Assembly (NCBI RefSeq): GCF_964204645.1
Contig: NC_134033.1
Location: 8,316,655 to 8,380,654 of the forward strand
DNA length: 64,000 nt
Reading direction: 5' to 3'
Origin: Tubulanus polymorphus
Taxonomy: Eukaryota > Animalia > Nemertea
Below are positions 1 to 13,160 of the stretch, piece by piece; the first letter of the stretch is position 1; each line of letters begins with the position of its first letter. Made by a program: the position numbers and the translations under genes. Under the pieces are notes generated by a model that searched no databases, was not told the DNA's origin, and worked only from the letters and a program-made list of their open reading frames with translations.

Positions 1-2306
1 TTGAAAAGTTTACAATTTTTATAACGTTTAGATAATCATTTTCCAGACACTGAAATAAAGTGCATATTTTATAAACGTTTTGTTAGGTTTCCTAACATTT
101 TTATGTAATCATTGAGTATAATTATTTGGGAGAACCTGTGACAAGATGCGATAAATCGCAAAAACATGTCTACAGAAGGCATTGGAGGTTTGAATTACGA
201 CGTATCGTGGAAGTTTTTTCAAAATCATTACAAATGCATAAACGGTTAACAATGGTATAATACCACATCTTGGAAGTTTCAGTCATTAAACACGGGTTTG
301 TGATTGCACTTGATAAAGTTGAGTCTGATGAAAATACTTAAGCAGCCAAATGGACTAAGGATTCACATGGATGTTGTCATATTTAGTGAGCTGCATGGGT
401 TCATAATCCAGGCCTTATTTGAAATATTTATGCAACAGCTTTGCAGATAAGAAGAAATTCTAGATATGAACTTATCTTACATTGGTTTTAAGTTTATTGA
501 CTCATCGGCAATAATGGTTAACTGTGCCTTTTGTCTGTATTGAACTAATCTGAAGTTTGTATTAGATATGCACAAAATGCTCGAATATCTGTATATATAT
601 ATCATTTTCGTTTTTCAGAGCATTGGCTGTAATTACAAGCTTAGTGCACACAACAAAGCATAAACACGAAAAGCAAAAACGGTTTTACTTTTCTGCCTCG
701 TTTAGTGATTGTGTACATCGCTAAGAACAGAGCAACATGAAACAAGCTAAAAACAATCATCTCTGTTTCATGTTTCATATTTATGATATTTTTCATATTT
801 TTCTTCATTCATCAAAGTATTATAATTGCTTGTATAACTTTCATTATGTCTTGTTCTGTGCCTTAGGCTTTAATTGTCAGATCAGATTCAAAAGTCAAGA
901 TTTAAGTCATTTAAAGAGCACTCAATTTAGTTTGGAGAGTAAGTGCCTCTAGGACAGACATACACCAGAACAATGAATGGTTTGTGTAATAAGTGTAAAA
1001 GGGTAGACTAGAGGATCAACAGTCGAAAATGTCAGTTTATTTTCAATCCTTTTGAACAGGCAACACGTAGACTGCACAAACTCACACAACAGTGATAATA
1101 AGTCCAGAGTTGGATTAAACTGTGCTATTGAATCCAGAGTGAAATTTAGAATATGACTGGTCCAGAGCATCTATCTATTTACAGGGCTGGCAAGCTGTAA
1201 ACCCCCTAAAAGATTTGTGTTTGTTTTTTCAATGGGGTTCATGGGTCTTCCCTAGGGTAGTAAAGAGCTTGTACCCGTCAGGCCAATGGTTTTTTCTCAT
1301 ATTTACTCTCAGACAGACTGATATATTGTAAAAAACCAACGAATAACAATAAAAACTGACAAATGAATAAAAGCAATAGAGAAATTTAGGTGAACTCTGC
1401 GCTATATTTTTGTGGGTGAATAGTCTTTAAGAAAATATGTCTGGTCCATAGGTCACAGAAAGAAGAGATGCAATACTGGCCCAGTTTTCTGTAGAATTTG
1501 CTATCAATAGGGATGTTATTTTTGCTCCTAAACCGGAATAGACCATATAAACCCATCAGAAGAAAAACCGGTATGACTCATTCAGCCTATCTGGTCTTAT
1601 CTGGCTGCTTTCATTATGAATTTGATCACAGTCTTGGTTATTGTTACTTAAGATGGTTTTCACATTTGCACATTTGTTCAGGAGGAAACCGTAATTTGTC
1701 AATGTCCTGGTGTTGCGCAACATGTTTGAAAGGGGCAACATTTTGTGCTAAGGCAGCCAGAATCCCCTTTTTACTAATTTGTCCAACGTTTGGTTCAAAC
1801 CTCAAATCTTGCCTCAAATCCGCCCCCGTAACAGAGCTTAATTCATGAAAGTTAAGTTTATTAACCAACTTATTGGAATGGTGTATTCAGAAGAATTTTG
1901 AGGACCAAGACCTATCCCTGTGTAAACCATCTGGTGATTTAGCTCATATGCTTACTGTGAATTTAATCACTGAAAAAACACTGTGGGATTCATTCATCCC
2001 AACCAGAAAATCAGGTCAAGTTATATCAACTGCAGTTGACCTGCTGTGGCCTTGCATGTGGGAGGCATCTGATAGTGAAATATCATGATCTCTAAGATGA
2101 AAGATGCTGGAAGGCACACAGTAGTGATACATGTAACTCCTTATCTTTTATATCACTTGGAAGAACAATTATAGTAGACAATGGCTTATTGTCTTCTTTC
2201 CATATGTTAATTAATTGAGTAAATGAAAGTCTAGTATTCTATCCTTCCAACTTGGATGTATAAATTAAAGAAGTCTTAGAATTTGAGTAATGAAACTTTT
2301 TTGAAA

Positions 2307-2640
2307 CTGACTGACTGCTACTTCCAGGATTCAAACACATGAACCCTGAAGTGATGAAAGACCAGTACATGAAAGACTGACTGAATGTAGATATTCCACC
2401 TGATGATGGCTGTTAGTCAACAGCCGAAATGTTGTGGTTTCATAATAATAAATTTGATTGTATAATTTTAAATTCGAAGTGTTGGATTTCTTCATTTATC
2501 TGCAGTATACACGGATTATAGTGTTTATTCGACAACTAACTGACTGTCTGACTGCTACCATCAGAATTCAAACACATGAACCCCGGTATGACGAGAGACC
2601 AGTGAAAGAGTGACTGACTGCTACCACCAGGATTCAAATA
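2307..2640. repeat. Three degenerate direct repeats GACTGACTGCTAC..CAGGATTCAAA
   Basis: Copies start near 2307, 2537 and 2609. The minus strand resembles a tRNA T-arm/B-box. Confidence 0.55.
2396..2437 (+). ncRNA. Minimal type I hammerhead ribozyme motif (Penelope/retrozyme type), probably decayed
   Basis: CCAC-CTGATGA-T-GGCTGTT(AGTC)AACAGCC-GAAA-TG-TT-GTGG: both core boxes, 7-bp stem II, 4-bp stem I. Confidence 0.7.
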
Positions 2641-4502
2641 GATTGTGAAAGAAGACCAATAAAAAGATTCTGGTATCTTCGGACACTTAATATTTCATAA
2701 TCAAACTCTCTGTTTTCACAAGCAACTACACACACTCGACTCACATACATCATAGTATCCTAAAAATAGGTATGCTATCTAGCTTATGAAAAGGAAATGT
2801 TTTGTTTTGAAATCTTGAAATATCTTTGCTAGATGGGGCCAATTTTCTCAGAAATCTCTCTAATCGGCAGCTGAGTGAAATATTTCGTGTTGAGTTCCGC
2901 TTCCCAGATGTGTCATTTCATCCTTTAATTGCGTTAGGAGGTGGTGATATAGTCAGGACATCCTGTTATGTCTACACACACACAGCAGCACCTACGCACA
3001 CTAGATCCTACGCACCAGACACCCCCCCACCCCCGCAGAAGATTGTGAAAAAGCTGGAAAATACAGATGGCTTCAGTTCACCGCAGTCGCCGCAAAAATG
3101 CTTAAAATGTCTTGGTATCTGCCAGGAAATAGAAAATGCAAACCGCAGAGCGTACCACAGCGTGGCTAGAAAATTAGTCTCGCCGCGTGAAAACATACAG
3201 ATATATATGTATAATATGTTTTTATGAAATTGATTAAAAGGAAAAGGGTATTTCCTGAAATGGTTAGCACACCCACATTTTGAGGAAAGAGTTGTTTGGG
3301 TTTTTGCTTTTGATAAGAATTTTATTGTAAAGAGTGACAAGTGGAAATAATTTGAAAGGCAAAGTAAATATGTAGGGGATTTTATAGACCTGTTCAAATT
3401 AGACTAGATTTAGATTATAGATTTAAACTCTGCCAGTCAAATATGAACAGTTTGATAGAGCCATGGTTTATCAAGTTTTTTGGTTACCTTATCGTTAAAG
3501 TTAAAACAGATCTATAAAACCGGGAACGTTGTGAAGTTTTTGTATTGAGAAAGTTGAGAAAAAAACAGATAGGACATCATTTGTGGATCAATGAAAGAAA
3601 TCACTTTGAATAATTCTGTAAAACTGCCAGTATATACAATTACCCGGTACTCCAGGATTAATCAGTGCTCAATACGCTAGGGCAAATAGTAGCTAGTTAG
3701 TATCCACAAGGTTCGCTATAACCAGCGGTTGGTTTCTTCTTAGATTCAAACAAAATCATAATATACATGAACCCGATTATCATCCGAATAGACCTCGTAA
3801 CATGATTCCGTCTAAGATTTGGTCTGTAGTGATTCTGGAATACTCGTCTGGAATACCCGGTGATAATTTCAACCCAAACCTAGGACGTCCAGAGTAGGCC
3901 TACACTATGAATTCTGGAATGGCCTATTCTGTAAACCTGATAAAACTGGCCAGTAGATCTTATGATGGCTGGAAAAATGCTAACATCTAAAGTGGATTTG
4001 ATTTAGAATTAACGAGTACGATCTGAATAATCTACTGCTCGCTATGCCATCAGGTTGTATGGTTGGTCTCACTGAATCCTCATCATTGTTAATTACTTCA
4101 AGTTCAGACAGTGTTGTGAGATTAGGCTTTATCATAAACACTGAATGATCCTCCTATTTCTGAAGAGCCACTCAAACACTATGAGTACTCTGAGTGCTCT
4201 GAGACAATTCAACTACCCAGGCCAATTGACATTAATACAATAAGCCAAATATAGCAATAAAAATACAATCAGTACTAGGGTCAAGGACACCCACACAATT
4301 TAAGTGCGCTCAGAAGATTTTTCCAGCTGATCTTTTTTTTAAATTGCACATAAACAGTGACTTCTTCTGTCTCAGGATAACCCGTGACATCAATAAAATA
4401 ATATTGCTGGGAATATATACAACTAACTGAACTACTGATTGTTTTTTGTTTATTTTCCTCTGAAAAAAATAAATTTTAACTTTTTTTTCTTGAATTTTTC
4501 AG

Positions 4503-4550
4503 CAATGTAGCGGAAAGAATTCGAGATGTTTGGCTGAGAAAGGAAATCGG
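4503..4550 (+). CDS. COL4A2: Exon 1 (48 bp), 7S start QCSGKNSRCLAEKGNR
   Basis: Long pyrimidine tract plus CAG acceptor, GTATGT donor, C..EKGxR motif, phase 0 into exon 2. Confidence 0.85.
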
Positions 4551-5621
4551 GTATGTATCATCATTATCTTCAGTCATACAGAGATTGGATGGAATAGTGA
4601 GAAAGGCCTATCTACTTTATTCAGGAATGCTTCTTTGGGCTCCAAGCTCTGTGGATGACCTTACAGGGCATCAGGATCCCGCTGAGTGAAGAACACCAAG
4701 CATAGATGGTCTTCACCCTATCTAAAATCTACTTAAACCTTGAGATCTAGGGTTTTATCTTGAGTACATACGTATACAAGCATCCCTGATCAAACTGCTT
4801 CTGACACCGGTGGAGAGCCTCCAAAAGCGAAGATGAATGAATGAGAATAGATTACAACATATAGAAGTTTTTTTCATCCTTAGTGCGTATGTGCCCACAT
4901 ACTACACGCTAAATTAACTAGACTAAATAATTTACTCGATAGTATTTTTTCTTGCCTGAGGTACAGCAAGTTGTTTTTAAAACTGTCTATCGGGTAAAGT
5001 ATGCAACGTAAAGTATGCAACGTAAACTGCATAAACCCGAAGTGTAAGCCTACTCTATACATAGTGGCCTCGGCAGCAGCAGTTGTGTCAGTTGTTTTTC
5101 TAACAGCTTCGTTGCGATGTTTAGTTTGCTATTTCTGTAACTCCCTCTCTTTTACAAATGTTACTACATCTTGCGTACGTGCCTTCATACATAAACATAC
5201 CATACCATACAGATGTCTGCTGGAGTAGCCAGAGATGAAAATTCCTGTACAAGCAGGAACTGGTCCATGAAACAAGGCGCCTACAGCCACTACAGCAATG
5301 TACACCAGGGCCAAGATTTAAAGGTCTTTGATGTTGATTACATTGGTGCCAGTACTGATCACTCAGCAGTTGGATTTGTTCTCCTTGCCAATGCCCAAAT
5401 TTATTGTATACCAAATCATATTTTGTCTAACTGCTTAATGATTTTTAGTTGGCTCTAGTCTACCAGATCTCTCAGGAAGCTAGAAATTATGTTGTATCAA
5501 TGACAAGAAATGGGGTACATCCACTACGACGAGTTAGCTTGTAACTCGCTGGCAATATACGATACATCTGAGGCTTGTCACAGGCAGCAAAAATCTTCAC
5601 TATTATTACCTACTTTCAATC

Positions 5622-5928
5622 CAGGCCCATCGGAAGCAAAATTATTGGTAGGGCCCCCTCCCAATATGTGCCCTTAAATGCCGGAATTATAATATTCAGG
5701 ATTCTCACATTTTTTCGAAAAGAACCAAAGTCAACAAACTCTTGGAAATAACTAGATTTATAAACATTACCAGGATTTGTTTATTTTGCATCAAGGAGAA
5801 CAGCGCAATCCCAGGCCGCTGAAAGCGATAATGGGCACAATGAAAAAAGGCCTTAAAAATATTGTTGGTGGAAAAAAATATTGGGTGGGCTTGGGGCCCC
5901 CAGGGTCACACTCACTCCGTCGGCCCTG
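5622..5928. mobile_element. hAT-like MITE remnant
   Basis: Imperfect TIRs CAGGCCCATCGGA / TCCGTCGGCCCTG. No TSD seen. Confidence 0.4.
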
Positions 5929-8219
5929 CGACCTAGTCACGCAAAAAGCGATCTTAATTTTTCTCAAGGTATATTCACTCTCGAAGGCCAGTAATATTAC
6001 TACTGGGTAACTGATTACAACATCATTGGACAATTAGCTGTGATTGGCCCATATAAACTTCTCCTACTGATAAGTCAATAAATTCTGTGATTTATATTTT
6101 TGCTGGGTTTGTTTGATCGATCTCAGCATGTGTATGAGTTATAAATAACTGTAATATCTAGGTTCCCCACAGGTCCCTGGCCTCGTTACCCAGTTCCACA
6201 GCTTGATAGTGTCAAAGTACATTAAAAGAAACATTTAATGATGAATCTCACAAGAAGCACTCCCGAAAAACTGCATATTTGGGGATATTAAGTTTAGGGG
6301 CACCTTTAGAGTCTCTGAATATTTGACAGTGGCCTATATTTCCTTCTATTGCGGCCAAACTTTGTGTTTCTGATTAAAGAATATCCATATTTTTTGTTTT
6401 TCCTTAACCCATTAAACGCCGACTGAGGGCATTGTTAGCAGGTTTGATGAATCTTTTTTCCCAACTAATGGGAGAGAGAAGTGAAGAACCAAAGTGAAGG
6501 ACCAAAAAACTCAATTGCAAATTTCGGTGACCATTTTTGCCAAATTTTCTATGATTGAGCATTGACCCCCAGGAATGAAGGAGCGCAAGGAGCATGTGCT
6601 CCCGTCGCAATTTACCTGTGCTGTTTTGAAAATACAATGGCAATATTTTTCAGGGCAATTTTTCCACCCGCATCAAATAAATAGTAGTCCGCAACGCAAG
6701 ATTTAGCTTAGTTTTAATGTAATGGATTAACGTAAATGCCCCCTAAGTGCCTAGAAATTGCACAGAAATTTCCAAATTTTCCATGGCCCATATTTTGGCT
6801 TAACATGCCCTTTTTCAGTGTACGGTATATGCCATTTTCATTTCTCTGTGCTCCTTACAAAGTTTGCCACTTGATCCGCCCCTGGACCTCTTCGCCGCAT
6901 CCAATGACGACAATCTTTGGTCAGTCGTTCACTGCTAATGTGCTCGGACCTCCTACATTGTGGAAATCCTAGCTTCACCCCTGGATCATTTTATTTGAAA
7001 TTTACAATCCCACTCGAAATGTCATAAATTAGATCTTTCGTGATTGTAAATTTTCGGATATACAAAAATCACATAGAACATAGAAGCATATACTCAAAAC
7101 AGACACAAGAACTTCACTGTTAAAACTGCTGCAGTTGGATGGTTTATGATTTCATCTGAAATGATGTTCTTGAGTTATGTTTTGCTCGTAAAATTGAGCA
7201 GTAAATTGTAAAAGTACGTGGCAAAGGTCTACTGGTTTTCAGTCCGGCTCTGAGTTCAATGTCTGGCTTGTAAGTAAATCTATAAGAAACTGAAATTTGA
7301 TCGAGGAAATTGATCGGGGCTTGAAACTTTGAAATGATTTTATATGAACATTTTGCACACATATGCTGGCCCTAGGCCCAGTTCTATGTGTAAGGGCTTT
7401 ATTCGTTATTATTTAGAGTACACATTTTTCAGGAAAAGGCGGAAGGATGAATGCAAAAATGATCATTATTCGAATATTTTCCAGATAAAACCGTGAAAGG
7501 ACTGTGGAAAAATAAAAAGAGAGTGAAAAATTGTATTGAATTTAATTCAAATGATAATGGAGATGCAAAGAAGGCTAAATTTTTGCAAATTATTTGATTC
7601 GAAATTGAAAAAATAAATAATAATAAAAAATAAAGACTAAAAACTATCTTTATATGATGTTTTTGCCTGAATTCTGGGCGATGGATCTATACTCCAAGTA
7701 ATAAACAAAGTGAAAATTGATATTAAAATTGAGTGGAACTAGATTTAGAGAATCAAACCCACATAACTGTGGAACTGGATCTAGAGTCAAACCTATACAA
7801 CTGTGGAACTGGGCGCAGAGTCGAACTCAACTCCAACCATTGTTGAAATTGCTGTCGGATTATGTATCGAATTAGTTCCACCAGGGAAGTGTAATGAGTC
7901 TTCCTTTCTTACATAGTTATCTAGTTCCAATCGCATAAAGCAAAGTAAATAGCAAATGACACAATGACCTAGAATACAATCATTTAAGTCATTACATTAT
8001 TTCCTTCCTTGAGATTTTCCTTGAGAATTTATCAGTGGGAATGGGCGAGCTTATCAACATGTGAGCAATCAGGGGTGGATCCAAACAGAATAATGTAGCG
8101 CCTCAGAATACATCACATCTTAGATTTCTAGATGTTCTTAGGGTACTAACAATCTTAGTGAGTTAATTAGTCCCTGTGATTAGTAAATGTGATTGAATTA
8201 ATTCTGTTTTTGTTTACAG

Positions 8220-8354
8220 GGTCCACCAGGACCTATTGGCCCAGCTGGTCCACAAGGAAACCCCGGATTGCCCGGGCCAGAAGGACTAGTTGGTCTGAAA
8301 GGACAGAAAGGCGAAGATGGCGTGGCAGGTCCTACAGGTCCTAAAGGTGACAGG
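8220..8354 (+). CDS. COL4A2: Exon 2 (135 bp) [10 protein letters not shown]...GPKGDR
   Basis: 15 perfect Gly-X-Y triplets, TACAG/GTATGT boundaries. Confidence 0.95.
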
Positions 8355-9899
8355 GTATGTATTGAATAGGAATGAATTAGACATCTGAAGTGCAGACTTC
8401 TACTAGGGATGCTCTGTACATGTAGGTGGGGTTAGGACATTCTGCTTCTTGACATTTGTTAGATCTCATAAAGCAGGGAAGGAAGGATAACGCAGGATAG
8501 GGTACAATGGGTAAATTCTGTTATGTTAGGGTCAGTAAGGGGTAGGATTGGATAGGTTCAAAAGTACCATTCTGCTTGGTTGGATGAGAGTATTGTAACT
8601 ACAGGTTGGCTATTGTGCTATGGCTGTAAGGACTATCTGAAGTTTGTTATTACAATCACACTGCATTAAAATCATCTGTAGTTATAATTTTATGACTTGT
8701 CGATGAAAATAGAAAGAAACAACTGATTTTGCATACAGTTTGCTAATTAACTAACAATCGATTAATTTTCGTATGCAAACCTCTGCATAAAAGTTACGCC
8801 ATCCAAAAGTTTAGACTGTTACAAACAGCTTCCCATAGCTTGTAGGTTTCTATCTTTTATGGTTTTCTCACAATAATAATTTGAATTTATGTTGCCTAAT
8901 TGTTGCAGTGAAACAATGTTTTGTTGAAACCATTTAATCGGTAATAATGCCAGAGGTAAAAATGTCAGAGGGATATATGCAGTTTATTTGGTAAATTCAT
9001 ATTCAAAATAAGAACTGTAACAAGAAAAACAAGAATTTTTAATCTAACGCTTTCAACCAAATTTTTGATTCGATTAATTATAACAAACTAGTGTGTCAAA
9101 TCTTCATGAACTCATTTCATTGTTGATTTGATATTATTAATTTCAACAAACTAGCTAGTCAAAAGCTTCTCATAAACTATTTATTTAATTCTTTGATTTG
9201 ATATTTCAAATTACAACAAGAAATTGATCTGTGTTATTTCTAAACTGTGCCATCATTTTCTAATGTCCAATTATCTCGAAATGTGTTGTTAGAAATATTT
9301 CATATAAAATGCCATTATTCTTGTAGCAAACAACATGCAAGCTTTACGCATCAAAATGACATTGTCATTGTTTTTAAAATTTCTATGAAGAAATTCAGTT
9401 TAAAAGTATGAATGAAATTTTCACGGGAGGGGGCGTTTCCTTTCTACCTTGTGGGATTTACCTTTTAGCTTCACTTACCAGTGCAATATGATCAACGGAA
9501 TAATTATAGATAAGGATAACTCTAGTGACAATATTTTGATTCTACAAATTGATTGATTTAATTTGATCATCTAAACTCAGTCTAGAATTAAAGCACTGAG
9601 TTGTCACTTGATAATGAATTATATTGACAGACTATCTTGATTTAAAGGGCACTTGCTGGTGCTTGCTGAGAAAATTCTGAAAATTTCACAGAAATCCGTT
9701 ATTTTGAACAAAAGACGAATGTAGGTAATATTCCCCCGAGTAAAAATCCCCTGTTACGTCAAAAGACCCCCTGAATATGCACCTGCTTGTCTCAAATCGT
9801 ACTTTTGATATTCTTTGTTTCAATGTAACAAAAGTTTACACGAATTGAACTTTATTTTGAATTATTGAAGTGAAGGCTCAACGCTATTGTTTACCTAGA

Positions 9900-10992
9900 G
9901 GCTTATGTTGACAAGCAACGCGACGCCTACTGACACTGATTAGCAGTCAATAGCCGCGATCACACAAGCATTTTTGGCCCAAATAACTGTTCACACGGGT
10001 GCCAAATGGTCCCGAGCCTGTTTGGCCCGGGCCAAATTTGCGCGACCAAAAACGTCGAACCAGGCCCGAGCCAAATTTTAGCACCAGACAAATGATTGCG
10101 TTTGAATTGCAACTGGTACCGGAAATGATCCACTTTGCTTTGTTTGAGCATTGTTTAGTATCGAGTGAATGGTTTGCGTGTGAATGTGCTCTCTAATAAG
10201 CACGGGCCAAATTTTGCCCGAGCCTAACCCGTGTCAATTTGGCCCGGGCCAAATCGTCTCCCTGTGATCGCGGCTTATGAGAGGCCGCCAGTTGCTGCTC
10301 TATGGGTTCAACATAAGCCGGCTTGCGACGGCAACCCGACGCCCACCGACTCATCGCAAGCCGTATCTGGCTAGTTGCCCATGTTTTACTCCGCCCTATG
10401 GTAGGTGGACAGTTGCTTTCGATCGCAACCGACAAAGCTCATCTGCGACGCGATGGAACTGAGCGCAGGGATTCCAGCCAATTAAGAGACCGAATATACA
10501 TAGTACAAATTATGACCGCTAGTTAGTGTCATTCGTAATTAGTCATAAACTTTCAAATTCAAGTAGTTGAAAACATGAACCGAACCTTCAGCATGACTGG
10601 ACCGTAGATCTAGAAACGAAATAGGTAGAATTATGGTGTTAGCGGCCATCTTTATATGATGTCGCTAGCACATTGTATTCAAAACAGAATCAGAAAGATA
10701 GAAATTCAAAGAAATTGCTTTTCTAATAGAGATATATTTCCCAATAATTCAAAATAATTCAAATTTATTCCCAAAATGCTTATCATGTGACCATCTGAGC
10801 CGTTGCAGTTGCCAGTAATGGTAACCGACATAAGCAGGGAAGCGACTGGGAGGATCTTGTATCTCAACAGTCGGCCTCAGTTGCTGCGAATCAGAGCGTA
10901 GTCGACATAAGCTGTGCTGCGATTGTGGTTGCTCTCAGTTGCGTAGGTAGGAGTCGGTAGGCGTCGCATTGTTTGTCAACATAAGCCAGCCT
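9900..10992 (-). mobile_element. PIF/Harbinger-like MITE family H1, copy A, with nested insertion
   Basis: Reverse complement of 26278-27067. Right end CATAAGCCAGCCT followed by TAA. Confidence 0.85.
9952..10275. mobile_element. MITE family H2 nested in H1 copy A
   Basis: TIRs AGCCGCGATCACA / TGTGATCGCGGCT. Absent from H1 copy B. Related copies at ~25808-26095 and ~22150-22230. Confidence 0.8.
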
Positions 10993-11330
10993 TAAGATAT
11001 ACGGATAAACAGAGATAACTTAAGTAGGGCTTATCAGATAATCACAAAATCACTATGAACATAAGTCCAAACTTATTTATTGCGTAATAGAATTCTTTAT
11101 GAATGGCTGATATCAGTAAGAAGTCAATAGTAAATTCAAACAATTTTTAACATGTTCAAGGTGATATCAATGAAAACTGATATCATTTTCGTGTCACAAT
11201 AAGGAGCTATATAAGCCACATTCACATGACGTTATTTAGACCGGTCTAAATTTGGTCGGTTCCAATTTAGACCAGACCAAGCATTCAGATGGGCAAACCT
11301 TCTGTTCTGGACTTAATCTGTGGTAACAGG

Positions 11331-11490
11331 TAGAAAATCCCTCTAGGTAAAAATACAGTTTAAAAATAATGCTAAAATGTCTATGTACTTATGTATTCCG
11401 AAATATACTTGTAAAAATTTAATTAGTTCTTATAATCTAGTTTGATAGAAAAGTGAATATGGGGGGATTTTGCCTAGGGGGGATTTTCTA
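11331..11490. mobile_element. Short MITE
   Basis: TIRs TAGAAAATCCCTCTAGGTAAAA / TTTTGCCTAGGGGGGATTTTCTA. Confidence 0.55.
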
Positions 11491-12737
11491 TAAAAATGAT
11501 ACTGTGACAAGTGAGGCGAGTCACTGTCTTCCAGAACCTACTAGCATTCATTTTGACCTATTCTGAAATTTGGCCTGTGCCAAACAAGCATTGACCATTA
11601 GACTCCACGTGGCGTTAAGTAATTGATTGAATGATCATATCCTCTGTATCAAAAGTTCATACAATGTAAAGGCTATATAGCTACATGTATATTATTCACC
11701 TTTCCATTATTCACCTTTCGAACAAGGGTGGATCCAGGGGCTTCACTATAGATGACGGAGAAATTTCTCTGGAAAAATCCTGGATCTCCTTTTTAGGGCT
11801 TCCAGGGAAAACTTTTAGAAATGAACTTATTGTATTAGCCTAGCAACCCACCATGTAAGGGGTAAAAAACCAAAGATTTAAAGAAAAAAATATTCTATTA
11901 GTAGCAAATGGATATGGGACTCGATGTATTTTATGATGTATTCATAATTCATTAGTTCTACTTAATCAGAAATATATACGGTGATTGTGAAGGCTAAAAA
12001 TAACTATACAAATTATACAAATGTTTCGAGGAGTTTAAAGTGGTCTTTATCTGACTGAATCTAATTATCAACGATTTTAGGTTGATTACATTCCGATACG
12101 TAATTAACGATAATTAGAAATTGAGCTACGTAAGCTAGCGCCTTTGAAGGGTAGGGTTGGGTCAGATGAATAGTTTTGACGGTCACATTTTTTTCTGGCC
12201 CAGAAAAACGGCAAATGGCAGCTGAACGAAAACTGCAAATTATACATGACTGTTTCATTGTTTTATGACAACAGCGAAATGAGAAAAACTTGTTTTTTTG
12301 TTGCAAGAGAAAAACTTTTTTTTGCTGCAAAACGAAAAAATTTACTGTTTTCTTGTCACATTAGTTAAAATCTAATAGAAACCGCATTTGGTTCGCTTAA
12401 AAAAATTTAAAATCTATTGGAAACAATTTGGTTTTTTATGGCTTAAGTGGCCTTCTGTGCAATGATAATTCCAGTTCCTTGTTTTCAGTTCATTTTTGTG
12501 AAAACTCGTCCAACCCGTAAAGCTAGTTATATTGATAGACCTGGTTCTAATTAATCCTACATAAAATGTTCACATTTGATAAATATGAAATGGAACTTAT
12601 TGTGAAATAATTTGTCCCTAAGGCTAGAGGACGTAGACTTACCAAATTTACACCCATGAAGCAAACCAACCCTCAGTCTGAAATGCAGGTTTTCCACGAG
12701 TGGAAAAATACCCTGAGCCCAGTTTTGGATTCATAAA

Positions 12738-13160
12738 TTTTAGCCTACTTGGGACTCAAGTCCCAGCGGGCTATTGCGTTCACTTTTTGTTCGTCCGTCC
12801 ATTCGTCCGTAGACAGAAAACAGTTATTTCAGTAAGTTTTATAGATGCTTCATTGTAATGTCTTTATATTTGGGTTACACCATCTCCAAAAAGTGGCCCT
12901 GTCAGATCCAGATGGCCGACTGGCAGCCATTGTTATTGGCCGAAATTAGCACTTTTAACACATTTTTCAAGTTTTTTAGAGGAATGATCTTTTGTATGTA
13001 TTTGTATCCCCCAAGGGACCAGGCAGCATGAGAAAAATCGGGTCAATCAGACTCAAGATGGCCGTCTTGTGACCTTTTTAGTGCCCAAAAATGTCAATTT
13101 TGGCCCGAATTCTGTGTCCTGTTACTTCCTACTTTCAACACGTATTCTAATTTTTTCTCT
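12738..13160 (+). mobile_element. Helentron/HINE-like family B, 5' portion
   Basis: TTTTAGCC plus hairpin TGGGACT-CA-AGTCCCA, (GTCC)n-like microsatellite, then (A/C)AGATGGCCG units. Same start as 63728. Confidence 0.7.

Noticed and set aside
619-705. Possible signal-peptide exon (TTTTCAG then ALAVITSLVHTT)
   Set aside because: No credible phase 0 donor follows and the hydrophobic stretch is short, so it cannot be supported without transcripts.
6160-6190. Cryptic collagen exon in intron 1
   Set aside because: No sustained Gly-X-Y register or donor, and exons 1 and 2 already join in frame.
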